From assembly GCA_963693365.1 (NCBI GenBank), contig CAVNZM010000007.1, forward strand, positions 10,537,962-10,601,961: a DNA stretch of 64,000 nucleotides. The letters run 5' to 3'. The notes beneath the pieces were generated by a model. The model saw only the letters and a list, made by a program, of their open reading frames with translations. It did no database searches and was not told the origin of the DNA. Origin of the DNA: Amoebidium appalachense. Taxonomy: Eukaryota; Protista; Ichthyosporea. This document shows positions 13,332-31,664 of the stretch, in pieces. Within the stretch, counting starts at the first letter, position 1; each line of letters opens with the position of its first letter. The translations under genes were made by a program, and so were the position numbers.

Positions 13332-16195
13332 GGGATACTTGTGGGATATGTTACCTAAATAGCAGGGTTCAAATTTGTATCAGAGGGATGGGGTTTTGCA
13401 ATTGGGTATGCAAACATGTGTGGTTCCCTGATTTGCCTGTCAGGTACAGGTTTTTCGTTGGCATGCAATGGTTCGTGTTAGGACTTTAACACGAGTCGTA
13501 TGTAGTGCATCCACTATATAGCAGATGTGCTCTCTGTGTATGCATGATACCATGCACTCTGTCGCACACACAGCACACACTCAACACACAGATAAAGTGT
13601 CATCTCGCACATACAACGCGCACGCACACAATACGTACATGCCACGTACACGCCGCACACCACACACTCAACACCGGCACACCACACACACACACACACA
13701 CACACACACCGTAAAACAAGCATGCACCAACTACACCCACACAAACACACACGTACACAGACATGAAGGGCACTACGGGTCCACATAGATTACACACACG
13801 GTGTTACACACACTGCAACACACACACTGTGTACAATGCGCCACACATCATTTCTGAAAGCAGACACAAGAATACCGAGTTTGCGTTTGTTAAAGCTTAT
13901 CACTTAAGGCAGCATCGACACATTACAAAAAAAGTGGCTAAATAAAAGAGCATCGAGTCAGACTGCATTATTGAATATCGAGCGTGATAGATCCCCTCGG
14001 GGATGGCCCACGGTGTTGTGGCTTGGTACTACCGGAGAGGATGTTACTGAGAGCATGGGCAGGGCGTGAGCCAATCATCTTTAAGTTCTGTGGTGCTGAC
14101 AGAGTGCTGTACGTTTCGATTGGTTAGAGCTCACATGCCGTTATTCCCATCGAACCATATGGGATTTGCATGCCCCCAAAAACCTAAAATCTCCGTCCCC
14201 CTACATATACACACACACTGCCCCATCGCTTGAGTCATCCCCCCCCCCCCCCCCCCCCTCTCCCCCCTCTTCCTCCCCCCCCCCCCCCCTCCCCCTCCTC
14301 CCCCCCCCCCCCCCTAAAAAAAAAAGACTTCTTCCCCTTTTCATGTATGCTGATGTGTTTTCGGAAGCATTTTTCGGCTCGGGGCCGGACTGGGGTATCC
14401 ACCCAAAGAGGCCTTGTAAATATTGGCGGTATTGTTGGGCATGAACGGACCTCGAAGCTCTGATCTGTGCACGGCCGGGGACCTCAAATCTGGCCACTAA
14501 GGCCTTTAACAAACAGGAAATACAAAAATGCTTGACAAGTGCCGCATCATCGGAATCATTCAAAGTTGACGGTAATAGTAACACGTGCTGTGCGCTTGTG
14601 AATAGCAGCCAAATGGGGTGCACGTGGTGGTGGGGATACATTTATGGTTGTGCACGTGTGTGTATGTGTGTGTATGTGTGTTTGTTGTGGGAAGACTTGG
14701 TGGTGGTGGTGGCGCTGGTGGGGGGGAGGGGCCCGGGGGGCTAGAGGGCCGGGCCGGGGCTTTGACCTCTGATCTGCTGACTCAATGAGCACCTCTAGAG
14801 GCCCCGGGGGTCGGCTTTCCCGCGAAGTTGGTGTGTGGTGTGTGTGTGTGAAGTTGGTGTGTACACGTGTGTGTGTGTGTGTGACGCTGTGTGTGTGTGT
14901 GTGCGTGTGCGTGTGCGTGTGTCTATTTGTCGTGAGCACGGGGGCGGGGGGGGGGGGGGGGGGGGGGGGGGGAGAGTTGAAGACCACTGGGCCAGTGCTG
15001 ACGAGAATTTGGTTGGCCAACTGCAGCTCTGCAGTTTGACTTATTATTCTAGATCTATCATGTACATTTTTCGTCGCACTTCAGGCCCAGGAATTGAATT
15101 TCGTCCATCCACCCGGTCCGGCCTAAAGGTGGCCCTGGCGACAGGTGTCACACATTTATCTCTTGCCAATGGGTGCCGACCAAGGACATCGACGCGGAGA
15201 ATTCAATGCTATAGCTAAGGTGCTAACAGTAACGAGAGCTTGGTGTGTGTGGGTTGGCATGGGCGTGTCTGTGCGCGGGCGGGGGGGGAAAGGGGGGGGG
15301 CATGTGTCTGTTCGAATCCCGAGGATCCCCCAAATTTGGCATTGATATTGTGATCACGTTGTCCCCCCCACCCCCACCACCTCTCTCCCGCCCGCCCCCT
15401 CACCCCCTTCTCTCTCTCTCTTCCCCTCCCCCCCCCCTTACTCTCTTTTGTCAGTATACTACTGCCTCCTTCAAGCTCTGGTTACCCACGAGATGCAATG
15501 TCTCTCCGTCCCCCCCCCCTTACCCAGCACAACAACCAGCAAAGCACACGTGCATCATGTGCAGGCCCAAGGACAAAAGGTACACACAAGCATCACAAGA
15601 CAGGGGACTGCATTTATAATAAATACTAGCAGGACTGGGTATGTGTGGCAAAACAGTTTATCATTACATCGTGAGGATAGTGCGCCCCTCTCTTCACCCT
15701 CATATCATATACGGCTCATCATTTAAACAAAGCCAACCCGTTATCTCTTAAAAGTCATATAAACGACAAGCAAATAATCAGGACACTTCGATGCCCCTGT
15801 TTCATATCTACATAACAATACCCCCAAAACCCCCAGAACACTGAGAGTCAACCCCCCCCCCCCCCCCCCCCCCCCACCTAAACAAACAAAAAACAAAACA
15901 CAAATATAAACAAACAGGGGGAACATTACTCATTCTCGGTCAACAAAACATTACGAAACAAACAAGCAATCAAATAAACAAGCAAGGTGCTACAGTAACC
16001 TTTGCCTTTAAAGAAACCGCACCAAACCCCACCCCCAGGCCACATGATATGTTCAGCTTGGCCAAAGCAGTTGGGAGGTGGCTCGGTGTGTGCAAGTGTA
16101 CCCATCTGTGAGTGTTTTTGCATTTGCACGTGTGTGTGTGTACATGTGCATGTGCATGTACGCACGTGTGTATATGTGTGTGCGTGCATGTGCCT

Positions 16196-19100
16196 CTACT
16201 TGAACTGCTGGTAGAGGATGATGCCCACGATGACCAGGATGATTATGACGATGATGATGACGGCTATCATCTTCTTGCGGGCGGCTGTCTGGTACTTGCG
16301 TGCACTGACTAGCTCCACGTGTGCCTCCTCAACGTGGTCTGCTGCTTGCGACACCTGCAGAGAGAGAAAGCGTCAGCGTGCGACACACACACACACATGC
16401 GCGCACGCACACACACACGAGAGAGGGGGAGAGGGAGGGGGGGGGGGGGGGGGGGGGGGGGGGAGAGAGAGAGAGAGAGAGAGAGATTGGGGGCGCGAGG
16501 GAGTGGAGGGGGGGGGGGGGGGGGGAGAGGGGGAAGGAAGGAAGGGGGGGAGGGGGGGGGGGGGAGGGGAGGGAAGGGGGAGGGGAGGAGGAGCGAGCAA
16601 GAGCGCAAGCGAGTACCAACAACCTGCTTCACCACACATATACGCCTACCCCCCCTCACCCCACCAAACAATAGGCACGGGCCACTAATCTACCCCCCCA
16701 AGCATGCACACACAAGCACATACACCCACAGTTAAACCAACCACCAACACCGAACACACAGCGAGTGAACAGCCAACCACACCAAACCCTGCACACGTGT
16801 TGGCATTAGGCAGCTAGAGAGGCAAATCCTAATATGGTAAGCCAGGTAGCAAGCGGCAACATCTGCACATTTAGGTGATGCTCTCACGTCCAATCGCATT
16901 ACTGAAATCTGTCCATTAAAATTAAAACCTGTTTTTAGCACATTTGATTGGCTTAAGAACGTTTTACCCCCTTTGAAGACCAGCAATTAGGGCCAAAAAC
17001 AGTAGACTGTCAACTTCATCTTAATAAACGCCGACACAAACTCGTGATTTGGGGTTTACGAGGTAACCGCTATGACAAACCTTTTCTCTTGATTTCGGGA
17101 CGCTGTGCAACTCCTTTTCCATAGAACAAAGAGATCAAGGATGCGTTCAGGAGATTGAAGTACACATTCATAACAAACTACATAAAGTAGAGTGCTAACC
17201 ACACAAATGCATAACAAGCAGAGCCAATTCTCAGGGAAACGAAGTCCTCCACAGTACCCGGAAGGGGGGGGGGGGGGGGGAGGGGGGGGGGGGAACAAAA
17301 AGCGAGCGTGTGCGAGAAGGAGAGAGATGCAGGGGAAGGGAAGGGGGAGCGAGCGTCTGTATAAAAGAGGCAGATGGGGAAAGAGAGAAAGGAGAGAGAG
17401 GGAGAAGAGAAGGGGGGAGGGGGGGGGGGGGGAGTGAAAAGGATTGGGGGGAAGGGGGGAGAGAGAGAGAGAAAGAAGAGGGAGAAGGAGAGGGGGGAAA
17501 GAGGGGGGGGGGGGGGGGGGGGGGGGGAGAGGGCAGGTGGATAAGTGCACATTGAAGCATATGAGCTCGTAGTCCTTATCCGTGACCAGCAGGAGGGGAC
17601 TGGGAGTGAACAAAGACTAACAAATACAGCTTGGAAAAGAAGGCTAGGAACGTGAGCTGACAGGCAACCATACAAAGAGTACGTATCCTAAAACCTAACA
17701 ACGCAAGCGTATCATCCCACTTTCCTGACATGTGTCGAGTGTGAGAGGGGCTTGAGAATACGACAGGAAAGGAGGAGCACGGTGCAGTGTCTTAGATGTC
17801 AAATGAAGCACACTGGCGGACGCAAAAAGACAAGAGGTCCCCTTTCCAACAACAAAAAGGGGTGATGGGAGGGGGGGAGAGGGGGGAAGGGGGGAGGGTC
17901 CCAATGTGTATACGAATCAAAACCCTGGGCCTAATTAACATGCATGCACCGTTAGATCCCTAAAGACTGCTGTAAACACACAAGCAGCCTTCCTCACACA
18001 CACACACACACACACACACACTATCTCCACCAGTGCCGGTATATCTCCCTTAGACAATTGTGAAGGACATCACGACATCAGGACACGGCACTACCTGGTA
18101 TTCCAGAAGCAATACAAGACCATGTAGGAGCAGAAAAAGAGAACATAAGCAGCAGGAACAAACCCGAGCCGAAACGATAGGGCACGACAGGGCTGATGCG
18201 CATGTTAAGCAGAGGGTAAAAAGGAATAACGGTAGGCAAACGAGACAGAATCCTGTGTGTGTGTGGGTTTGCGTGGATGCAAAGGGGAGAGAGGGAGGGA
18301 GGGGGGGGGGGGGGGGGTGTTTAGGGTGGGGGCCATGCAGGAAAGAGTTGGGTTGAACCGGCAGCAGCAACATAAAGCAACGAAAAGCCCATGCCCGGAG
18401 ATGCTGCCCTGAAGCTTAACCGCAAGAAAATACTGGTATCGGTGTCTCGAATTGCCGAAGAAAAAGAGCGGGAAGGGGGGGAGAGGGGGAGGGGGAGGGA
18501 GGGGAGGGAGGGATGGCGGATGGGGGAGAGAAGGGCGGGGAGGGCGGCGGGGGGGGGGGGGGGGGGGGGGGGGGGGGAGGGGGCTGGTAGGAAGAAAGGA
18601 AAAAACTACTAGGATCCCCAAAGCACCAACTAGACGGGGAGGAAAAAGGTCGTGCATGTTACCCTGCCCATTATCCCAGACTCAGTTGCGCACAACAAAT
18701 TATCCACAAGCACCCACCTGGAACTCGATTCTGTCAATCATCTCGCCCTGCTGGTCTACAAGCAACGCCAAGTCAACAAAGAGCTCGTGCAGCTCACGCA
18801 TGGACTTCTCTAGCCGTGCAATGTCTTTCTGCCGGTCCTCGATTTCCTCGAGTGCTTTCTGTGCAGCAGCGTGGTCTGCCGAAAGGATCTGGTCCTGGAA
18901 GATGTTTTTGCCGTTCTCCATGGCATCATCTACGGCCTTCTCGACCTCCTGATCCGTGGCCGTGGGGTCGACAATTTTGTACTGGCGCGTGACGCGGTCG
19001 CGGTATTTCTGCTTGTACTTTGCCTGTGTGTCGTTGTATTCGGTCATAACCTCACCGAACTTGCGCCCTAGCGTGTTTTGCTGCTGCTTCTTCATACGGG

Positions 19101-19458
19101 GAATGGCCTTGCCCAGGTCCTCGGGGGGCGTGGCCTTGTTCTCCGCATCCATCTTCTTGAGTTCTTTGCGCACTCGATTGCCCAGCCGCGTCACCTCCGC
19201 CATCAAATCCTCGAGCTCCTGTTTGTTCTGCTGCGCCTGCTTGTCGTTAATCGCTGCAAGCGCCTGCCCGTGCTTGTCAGCCACCTTCTTGATGTTTTCT
19301 TCGATTTGAGCGATGTCGTTTTTCACACCCTCGCACCGTTTAAGGAAGTCTTGCAGCTCGGCGTCTGACTCGTCCATCTCTATTGCCTCGGCATCTCCAG
19401 GCCCAGCTAACGGCTGTGACCCGGCCACCTTCTGAAGTTCGCTCATCCGGTCCCTCAT
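16196..19458 (-). CDS. Syntaxin-1/Sso-type Qa-SNARE, copy 1 (2 exons, ~299 aa)
   Basis: Exon 19458-18718 (MRDR N-peptide, Habc, SNARE motif EIEDRQKDIARLEKSMRELHELFVDLALLVDQQGEMIDRIEFQ) plus exon 16354-16196 (VSQAADHVEEA...KYQTAARKK, TM MIAVIIIVIIILVIVGIIL). Phase-0 GT-AG intron. Confidence 0.95.
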
Positions 19459-19816
19459 TTTCGCTTGTTTTTTTCGCCCCTGGGCATACGGGCACTACGA
19501 GGACAGCTAAGCAACAGGCACCCCACCAACCTTAGAAATAAAGACGGCACGCTACCCCAACTAAAAAACTAATGTAGCTCTTGCCTCGCTATAACTATAA
19601 CTCGCACGTTTGCAGTTTTCCGCTCTGTTTCGGCTGGTGTGATAAAAAAAGGGGCCCACGAGCAAAAACTGAGATCTCATTCTATAAAGCCGCCGCCCTA
19701 TCACAGCCCCTCTCCGTTCGCGCCGTGGTGGTTACCATCGACGGCAGCAACGTGAAAATAAACACCTGTTGGTTTAAACATTTTTTTTAGGCGAAAGTAA
19801 AGCTTTTGATTGGCTC

Positions 19817-20326
19817 ATGGGCAGTTCTTCTGTGGTCAGCATCAAGATCTGTGGGCTGGCTAAGGAATTCCACCGGGGAGTTTCTTTTATGTTCAACAGC
19901 ACTCCAGCTATTTTATTAGAGAGTGTTTGGCAGGTTTGAATGGTACGGGGATAGAAATGTGGTTGTCTCTTGGCCGCCTATTTGTGTTTGCTAGCTAGTT
20001 TTTGTAGTGCGTGCCCACAAGCAAATGTTCCTTTCGTTACTTGTGCTCTCCTTTGCCATAGGGTCAGGATTCGCTTGTTCACGGACATGCTTGTGATTGA
20101 CAGTTGATGTCCTTTTGATTGCTACACAGGTAAAAGCAGGCGTAGAAGTTATCCAGGGCATTAAAGTGATCGAGGCTACACTTATGCCTGGCAGTGCTGG
20201 GTGGGAGACATGAGTGTGCCAAGCCTTCTCTTAGGTTCACATGCCAAAAGACAGAAGCGGTTTTGGGTTAGAATTCAGTTGAGTACACATCGTCCGTTTG
20301 CGCATGTTCACAGTAAAAGCGCTTAA
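19817..20326 (+). CDS. Candidate small spliced ubiquitin-like protein
   Basis: ATG 19817-19933|GT..CAG|20130-20200 (or read through to TGA 20213), with a possible third exon 20272-20326. ESVWQVKAGVEVIQGIKVIEATL aligns ungapped with ubiquitin [23 protein letters not shown]. Confidence 0.35.
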
Positions 20327-20696
20327 CATACATACATAGGTTGTTCTAGGCGCACATGCAACCATACCACGGTGCACACATACTTTCGTTTACCGCTAAA
20401 TAATGTGCACAAGCCAACTTTGCCGCACGAACATGAGCTGCTCACGCACGGCACGCTATATCGAGTTTGACCCATGTTTTATCAGACGGAAGCCTTACTT
20501 GGGCGACCACGCATAGCTCACACAAACACACGGACAGAAGCATAGTCGGATAGGCTTAGTCACTAATATGAGTACTCTGCTATGCTTGCGAAACTTTTTG
20601 GCTCTATAGACCTGTCAGCAAGTTCTGGGAGACCTGGGCCGCATCATGGAGATAATTTCTGTGGAGGTGCAGCTTTAAGGCAGAAGTTTTATTTTG

Positions 20697-21183
20697 CGCT
20701 GCGCACCATGCACTCTCCTTGTAGTTTTTGTCTTGTTTATCAGTGTCTTGTCGTGTTTAGCTTGCTGTTCGATCTCTCACTCATTTTGCTCTTCCTGTCC
20801 ACGTCACTTCTCTCCCTGCCCGCTTCATCCTGAGTTACAGGCCGGTATGTATGTACCCTCAAGTATGCCAAACATAGCAGCCTAAGCAAAGATTATTGCA
20901 GGGCCCAAACCCCGTGGTTTACTTCGGAATCTCAACCACCACGCTGCGCACCATACACTGTCCCTGTAGTTTTTGTCTTGTTTATCAGTCTCTGGTCGTG
21001 TTTAGCTTGCTGTTCAATCTCTCACTCATTTTGCTCTTCCTGTCCACGTCACTTGTCTCCCTGCCCACCCTTCATCCTGAGTTACTGGCCGGTATGTATG
21101 TACCCTCAATTATGCCAAACATAGCAGCCTAAGCAAAGATTATTGCAGGGCCCAAACCCCGTGGTTTACTTCGGAATCTCAAC
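20697..21183. repeat. ~245-bp tandem duplication downstream of syntaxin copy 2
   Basis: cgctgcgcaccat...tacttcggaatctcaac at ~20697-20937 and ~20942-21183, few substitutions. Confidence 0.93.
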
Positions 21184-21311
21184 AATCCGTGGTGGTGCTG
21201 GGGAAAGTTACGGCAATAGAAGCAGGCCTTGTACCTTCATACAAATTCTGGGTATTGTCACTTTCGTACATACACTTTTATACATGCACTGCAAACCATA
21301 CAATCAAACTA

Positions 21312-22208
21312 CTACATGAGCTTAAAGACCAGGACCAGGGCCAGTAGGAGGGCCAATATAGCTACCAGTGTGAACGCTGCAATCTTCTTCTTCCGGGCCG
21401 CCACCTGCTTCTCCTTCGCTTTCCCCAAATCGGCCTCAGCCCTCTCCGTGTAGTCTGTTGCCACGGCCGTGTGTGCAGCTATGTTGTCCAGCTTGTCCCC
21501 CTGGTCGTTTATGTGCTGGGCAAGGCTCTTCATGAGCATCTGAAGTTCGCGCATAGACACCTCCACCCGCCTGATGGCTTCCTGCCGATCCTCAATGTCC
21601 TCCAGTGCCCGCCTGGAAGCTGCGTGGTCGGCCGAAAGGATCTGTGCCTGGAATATGTTGACGCCGCGCTCCACGGCAGCCTGCAGTTCAACCTCGGTTG
21701 CTTGTGGTGCCACTATCTTGTACTGACGTGCCACGCGGTCGCGGCAGTTTTGGGTGTACCTGGCCTGTACATCGCTATACTCAGTCAGCACCTCGGCAAA
21801 GTTTCTGGAGAGCGTGCTGTACTGTTGCTGTCTCATGCGCGGTAATACCTGTCCGCGCTCGGCAGCGGGCACGGCCATGATCTGTGCCTGTATCCTGTTG
21901 AGGTCCCTGCGCACTTTACTGGCCAGGTGAGACACGTCAACCATGAGATCATCTAGCTCGGCCCTTCTCTCCCTGGCCTGCTGCGTGGTGATGGCCCCCA
22001 GTGCCTCTGCGTGCTTCTCGACCACCAAGGCTACCGTGGCCCTAATGTTGGCTATGTCGGCCCTCACGGCACTGCATTGCTGCATGACTAATTGGGCCTG
22101 GGCATCGTGCTTGTCCACATCCACAGACACATGCTCACAGCCAGACTCGTAGGGGTGGCTGTCTAGGTCCGTGGCGGCCTCTTTCAGCTTGTGTAGTCGG
22201 TCCCTCAT
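21312..22208 (-). CDS. Syntaxin-1/Sso-type Qa-SNARE, copy 2, intronless (298 aa)
   Basis: Single ORF starting MRDRLHKL. Shares RDRV.RQYKIV and NIFQ.QILSADHAA..ALE.IEDRQ with copy 1; layer-0 Q (NDQG) and C-terminal TM present. TATA-like tataaaaa on - strand at ~22359-22366. Confidence 0.93.
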   Translation of the reverse strand: MRDRLHKLKEAATDLDSHPYESGCEHVSVDVDKHDAQAQLVMQQCSAVRADIANIRATVALVVEKHAEALGAITTQQARERRAELDDLMVDVSHLASKVRRDLNRIQAQIMAVPAAERGQVLPRMRQQQYSTLSRNFAEVLTEYSDVQARYTQNCRDRVARQYKIVAPQATEVELQAAVERGVNIFQAQILSADHAASRRALEDIEDRQEAIRRVEVSMRELQMLMKSLAQHINDQGDKLDNIAAHTAVATDYTERAEADLGKAKEKQVAARKKKIAAFTLVAILALLLALVLVFKLM

Positions 22209-23444
22209 GGTAACAGGTGAAAAGGGTGATATGATATGAGAGACACGGGTGCTTTTGTTGTTCAGACAGATGTTGCTAGTGCGTGATTGTGACCTGTGGT
22301 CGACCGAGCCTTCTTCAGTCAAGTTAGAACTTTGGTGACCGTAACAACACGCTGGCGGTTTTTATACTTTTCGGTGTGGATGAAGAACGGTACTTTGCAT
22401 AGGTGATCTGGTGACATATATAGGATATCTAATTTAATATTGACCATGTAAACTATTAACTAGACTTTAAACATTTCTATTAACATTTTAGCAGCCACTT
22501 GATTCGGGATTACGAAATTACAGTCATCCAATCAGTGGAGAGTTTACGGATGACGGTGACGTCACCACGCTTCGCGGCCTTTTTTTCCTTCCATTTTTTT
22601 TTCCGGGTTCGGCCCCCGGCGCGCGAGCTCCCTAGTAGCTGAGAAGCGTCGTTTAGTTTTAATTTATTGATGCAACTACAGTGGCAGAAAGCTAGATCCC
22701 CAAAGAAACGTTTCACCAAAACCAACAAACACACTCCGCCCACACAGTGTCGTACACGTGCAACCAGCACGCCCAAACATGCCCGGCACCCACAAAAACC
22801 AGCCCAGCCGCGGCCGTACGACTGAACACCAGCTGCTAATAGCATACAACGTTCAACAGCAAGTCGGTACCGTACAGACCCACATATATTCCTAGGCAGT
22901 AGCAAATCACCACTGCCAACCCTCAAACCACACCCATACCCACCGTACGCATATTACGCACCACCAGGTCTTTGGCAAGCATATTTACCACATTATCAGA
23001 CCACAAATCTCGCCACTTCGTAGTTGAACCAACGGGAATAAGTGTTTAGATTTTATTGGTAGGGTTTGGTTGGAGGATGCTCATCTGCACGTCTACGGTC
23101 ACTGCACATGTGTGGTGTGGCAGCATCAATTCTCAGCATGCTTCCTTGGACCTTACTCAGAGTGCTCGAGCACTACTGAATATCAGCAAAACCTAAACAC
23201 CCTCAAATTTAGATTGCCAGCTGACACCATGTCGTCGCACCCATGGATTGCATTCGATGGTACATACATACTTCTAAATATTGGTTAGTTTTAAGATTGT
23301 ATTCTTGTGCAAATTAATCCGTTACTAAGAATTAGTTAGTGATCTCCATGTTTAGTCAAAAAAAGACATTCATGCCAATGCAACAAGGACACATTTTTGA
23401 GCTGCCGTGGGATAGGGAGCGCACGCGCGCGCGCGCGTGTGTGT

Positions 23445-23475
<31 letters not shown>

Positions 23476-23794
23476 GGGGGGGAGGGGAAGAGGGAGGGGC
23501 AGAGCAACAATAACGTGTCAAACTGGGCACGAATGTGTGTGTGTGTGTATGCGTGTGCGTGTGCGCGCGCTGTGCGTGTGTTACAGTGTGTGCACGTCTG
23601 CGAGTAAATGGTGCTACTGGCATCATGTGTATGCATACGAACGGGCACCACAACACAACTTTCCCCTTTGGAAAACTCGCCCCATTCTACTTTTCATTCA
23701 GAAAAAACCATCCAAAAACCCAGACTAACTAAACCAAATCTCTCAACACCAATTCACACAACTCCATCGTAACTTACTAACACATGTTAGTTAT

Positions 23795-30062
<6,268 letters not shown>

Positions 30063-30505
30063 CGTGCAGGCAAGGGCCAAGAGGCTGCCTGCAACCTCTG
30101 CTACAAAGAACTGCCCCTGTAAAGGGCAGGGGGAGGGAGGTTACTTTCAACACGTCGGGAGGAGGCATGCATTCTTCTGTTCACTGCACACACATAGGAG
30201 TATGATAATGTCATGTGGGTGTGGAGGCATGGTGCAGGGTGCAGGGGGCAAGGGGTGGGTGTGCAGGGTTTTTTTTTTTTTTTTTTTTTTTTTGGGGGGG
30301 GGGGGGGAGGTTGGGGGGAGGGAGGAGCGGGATACCGTAGATGGCTGCGAGTGTTGGAGCGGACGGGGACAAGGGGAAGGAGGGATATGTCTGGAGATCT
30401 AAACAGCCCGAAGGGGCAGGGGGAGAGGGGCGGAAGGGGAGAGGGGGGAGGGGGGATGTAGGGGCAGGGGGTGATGCGGGTGTGTGTGTGGGGGGGGGGT
30501 GGAGG

Positions 30506-30539
<34 letters not shown>

Positions 30540-31391
30540 AGAGGGGAGCCGGCAAGAAGGTGATTAACGGCGTGTCCCTGAGACCGGCAAACAGGAAGAA
30601 GAGAGTAAGGGTTGGCAGTTGGGGAGAGAAAAGAAAGTGGTCACGCTGGAGGCGGGGAAGGGGTGGGAACTGAGGGGGGGGAGGGGGGAGGGGAGTGGGA
30701 GGGGGTGACCACAGTGTCATACGAAAAGGAGCAAGCTGTTCCATCCCTCTAGGTAGATCTCCAACTCCCGCCATCTCGCATGTCCTAATGCCTCCATGGC
30801 CTACTTTTTCCCAACTCAAGCTTGGTCTCCTCCCCACCCCCCCCGCATCCCCCTTCCCTCCCCGCCTTCTTCCCCGGGGCGGGCCGAACGCACCGGGAAT
30901 CCCCTCACGCTGCCCACTCCTTCGCCGCATCTCGTACCACTTCTCATCACAAAGGGTACTCCCCTCCATCACGGCACCCCCGAACACAGGCACCTACCTT
31001 CCCCCTGCCCGGGTGTAGCGCCGCTCACGCAGCCAGCCTGGCGTCACTGGTCACCGCCATATGCAACTCTGTTTCTTTAGCCGCAGCTCCTCGCTGTCAC
31101 CAGTGCCTTGAACCGTTTGCAACTTGGCACGAGGTTGTGTCAGTGTCGACTCGACGGTGAGTGAATGGCACTGGTGACACTTTGGGTTGCCCACATTCCA
31201 AGGATAGACTCAGGAATGCGATTATGAGGGTGTCGCCATGTTTGATTGGCGCCCTGGAATCCGTTGGATTCTGTAACCGGGACCGGGGACAGTCACTGAC
31301 TCCTGTCGACCACAGGGTTCGAATTTTAGTTTCGAATTATTGGGAGGGCCAACAGGTTCTTTGGTAATCGCCAAAAAAACTTTGGTAAAAC

Positions 31392-31664
31392 TTTTTTTCT
31401 TTTGACTCGGGTTTATTGATCCGTTGATGAAGGCAACGTGCAGCCACAGGCTACATAAACACCAATAATAGAACTGAAAAAGCCAAAGCCACGAAATAAA
31501 AATAAAGCGACAAGTGACAAAGGACACCAGCGGGCAAAACCTTAAGTGTACGTGTATGCGTGAAACTAGTTTGCTCCAACTAGTCATATGCATCGATGTT
31601 GACCAGACCACACTCCGCAAGAAGACATCATTGCTGCTCCTTCCCAACAGGCCCCCCTCAAAAC
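31392..31664 (+). repeat. ~270-bp dispersed repeat, copy 2
   Basis: Near-identical to 7662-7934. Confidence 0.9.

Noticed and set aside
14201-15220. ORFs in complex sequence between MFSD5 and syntaxin
   Set aside because: No recognisable motif or consistent splice model
22209-22322. 38-aa N-terminal extension of syntaxin copy 2 in the ORF track
   Set aside because: Starts at TTG; homology with copy 1 begins at the MRDR ATG at 22208
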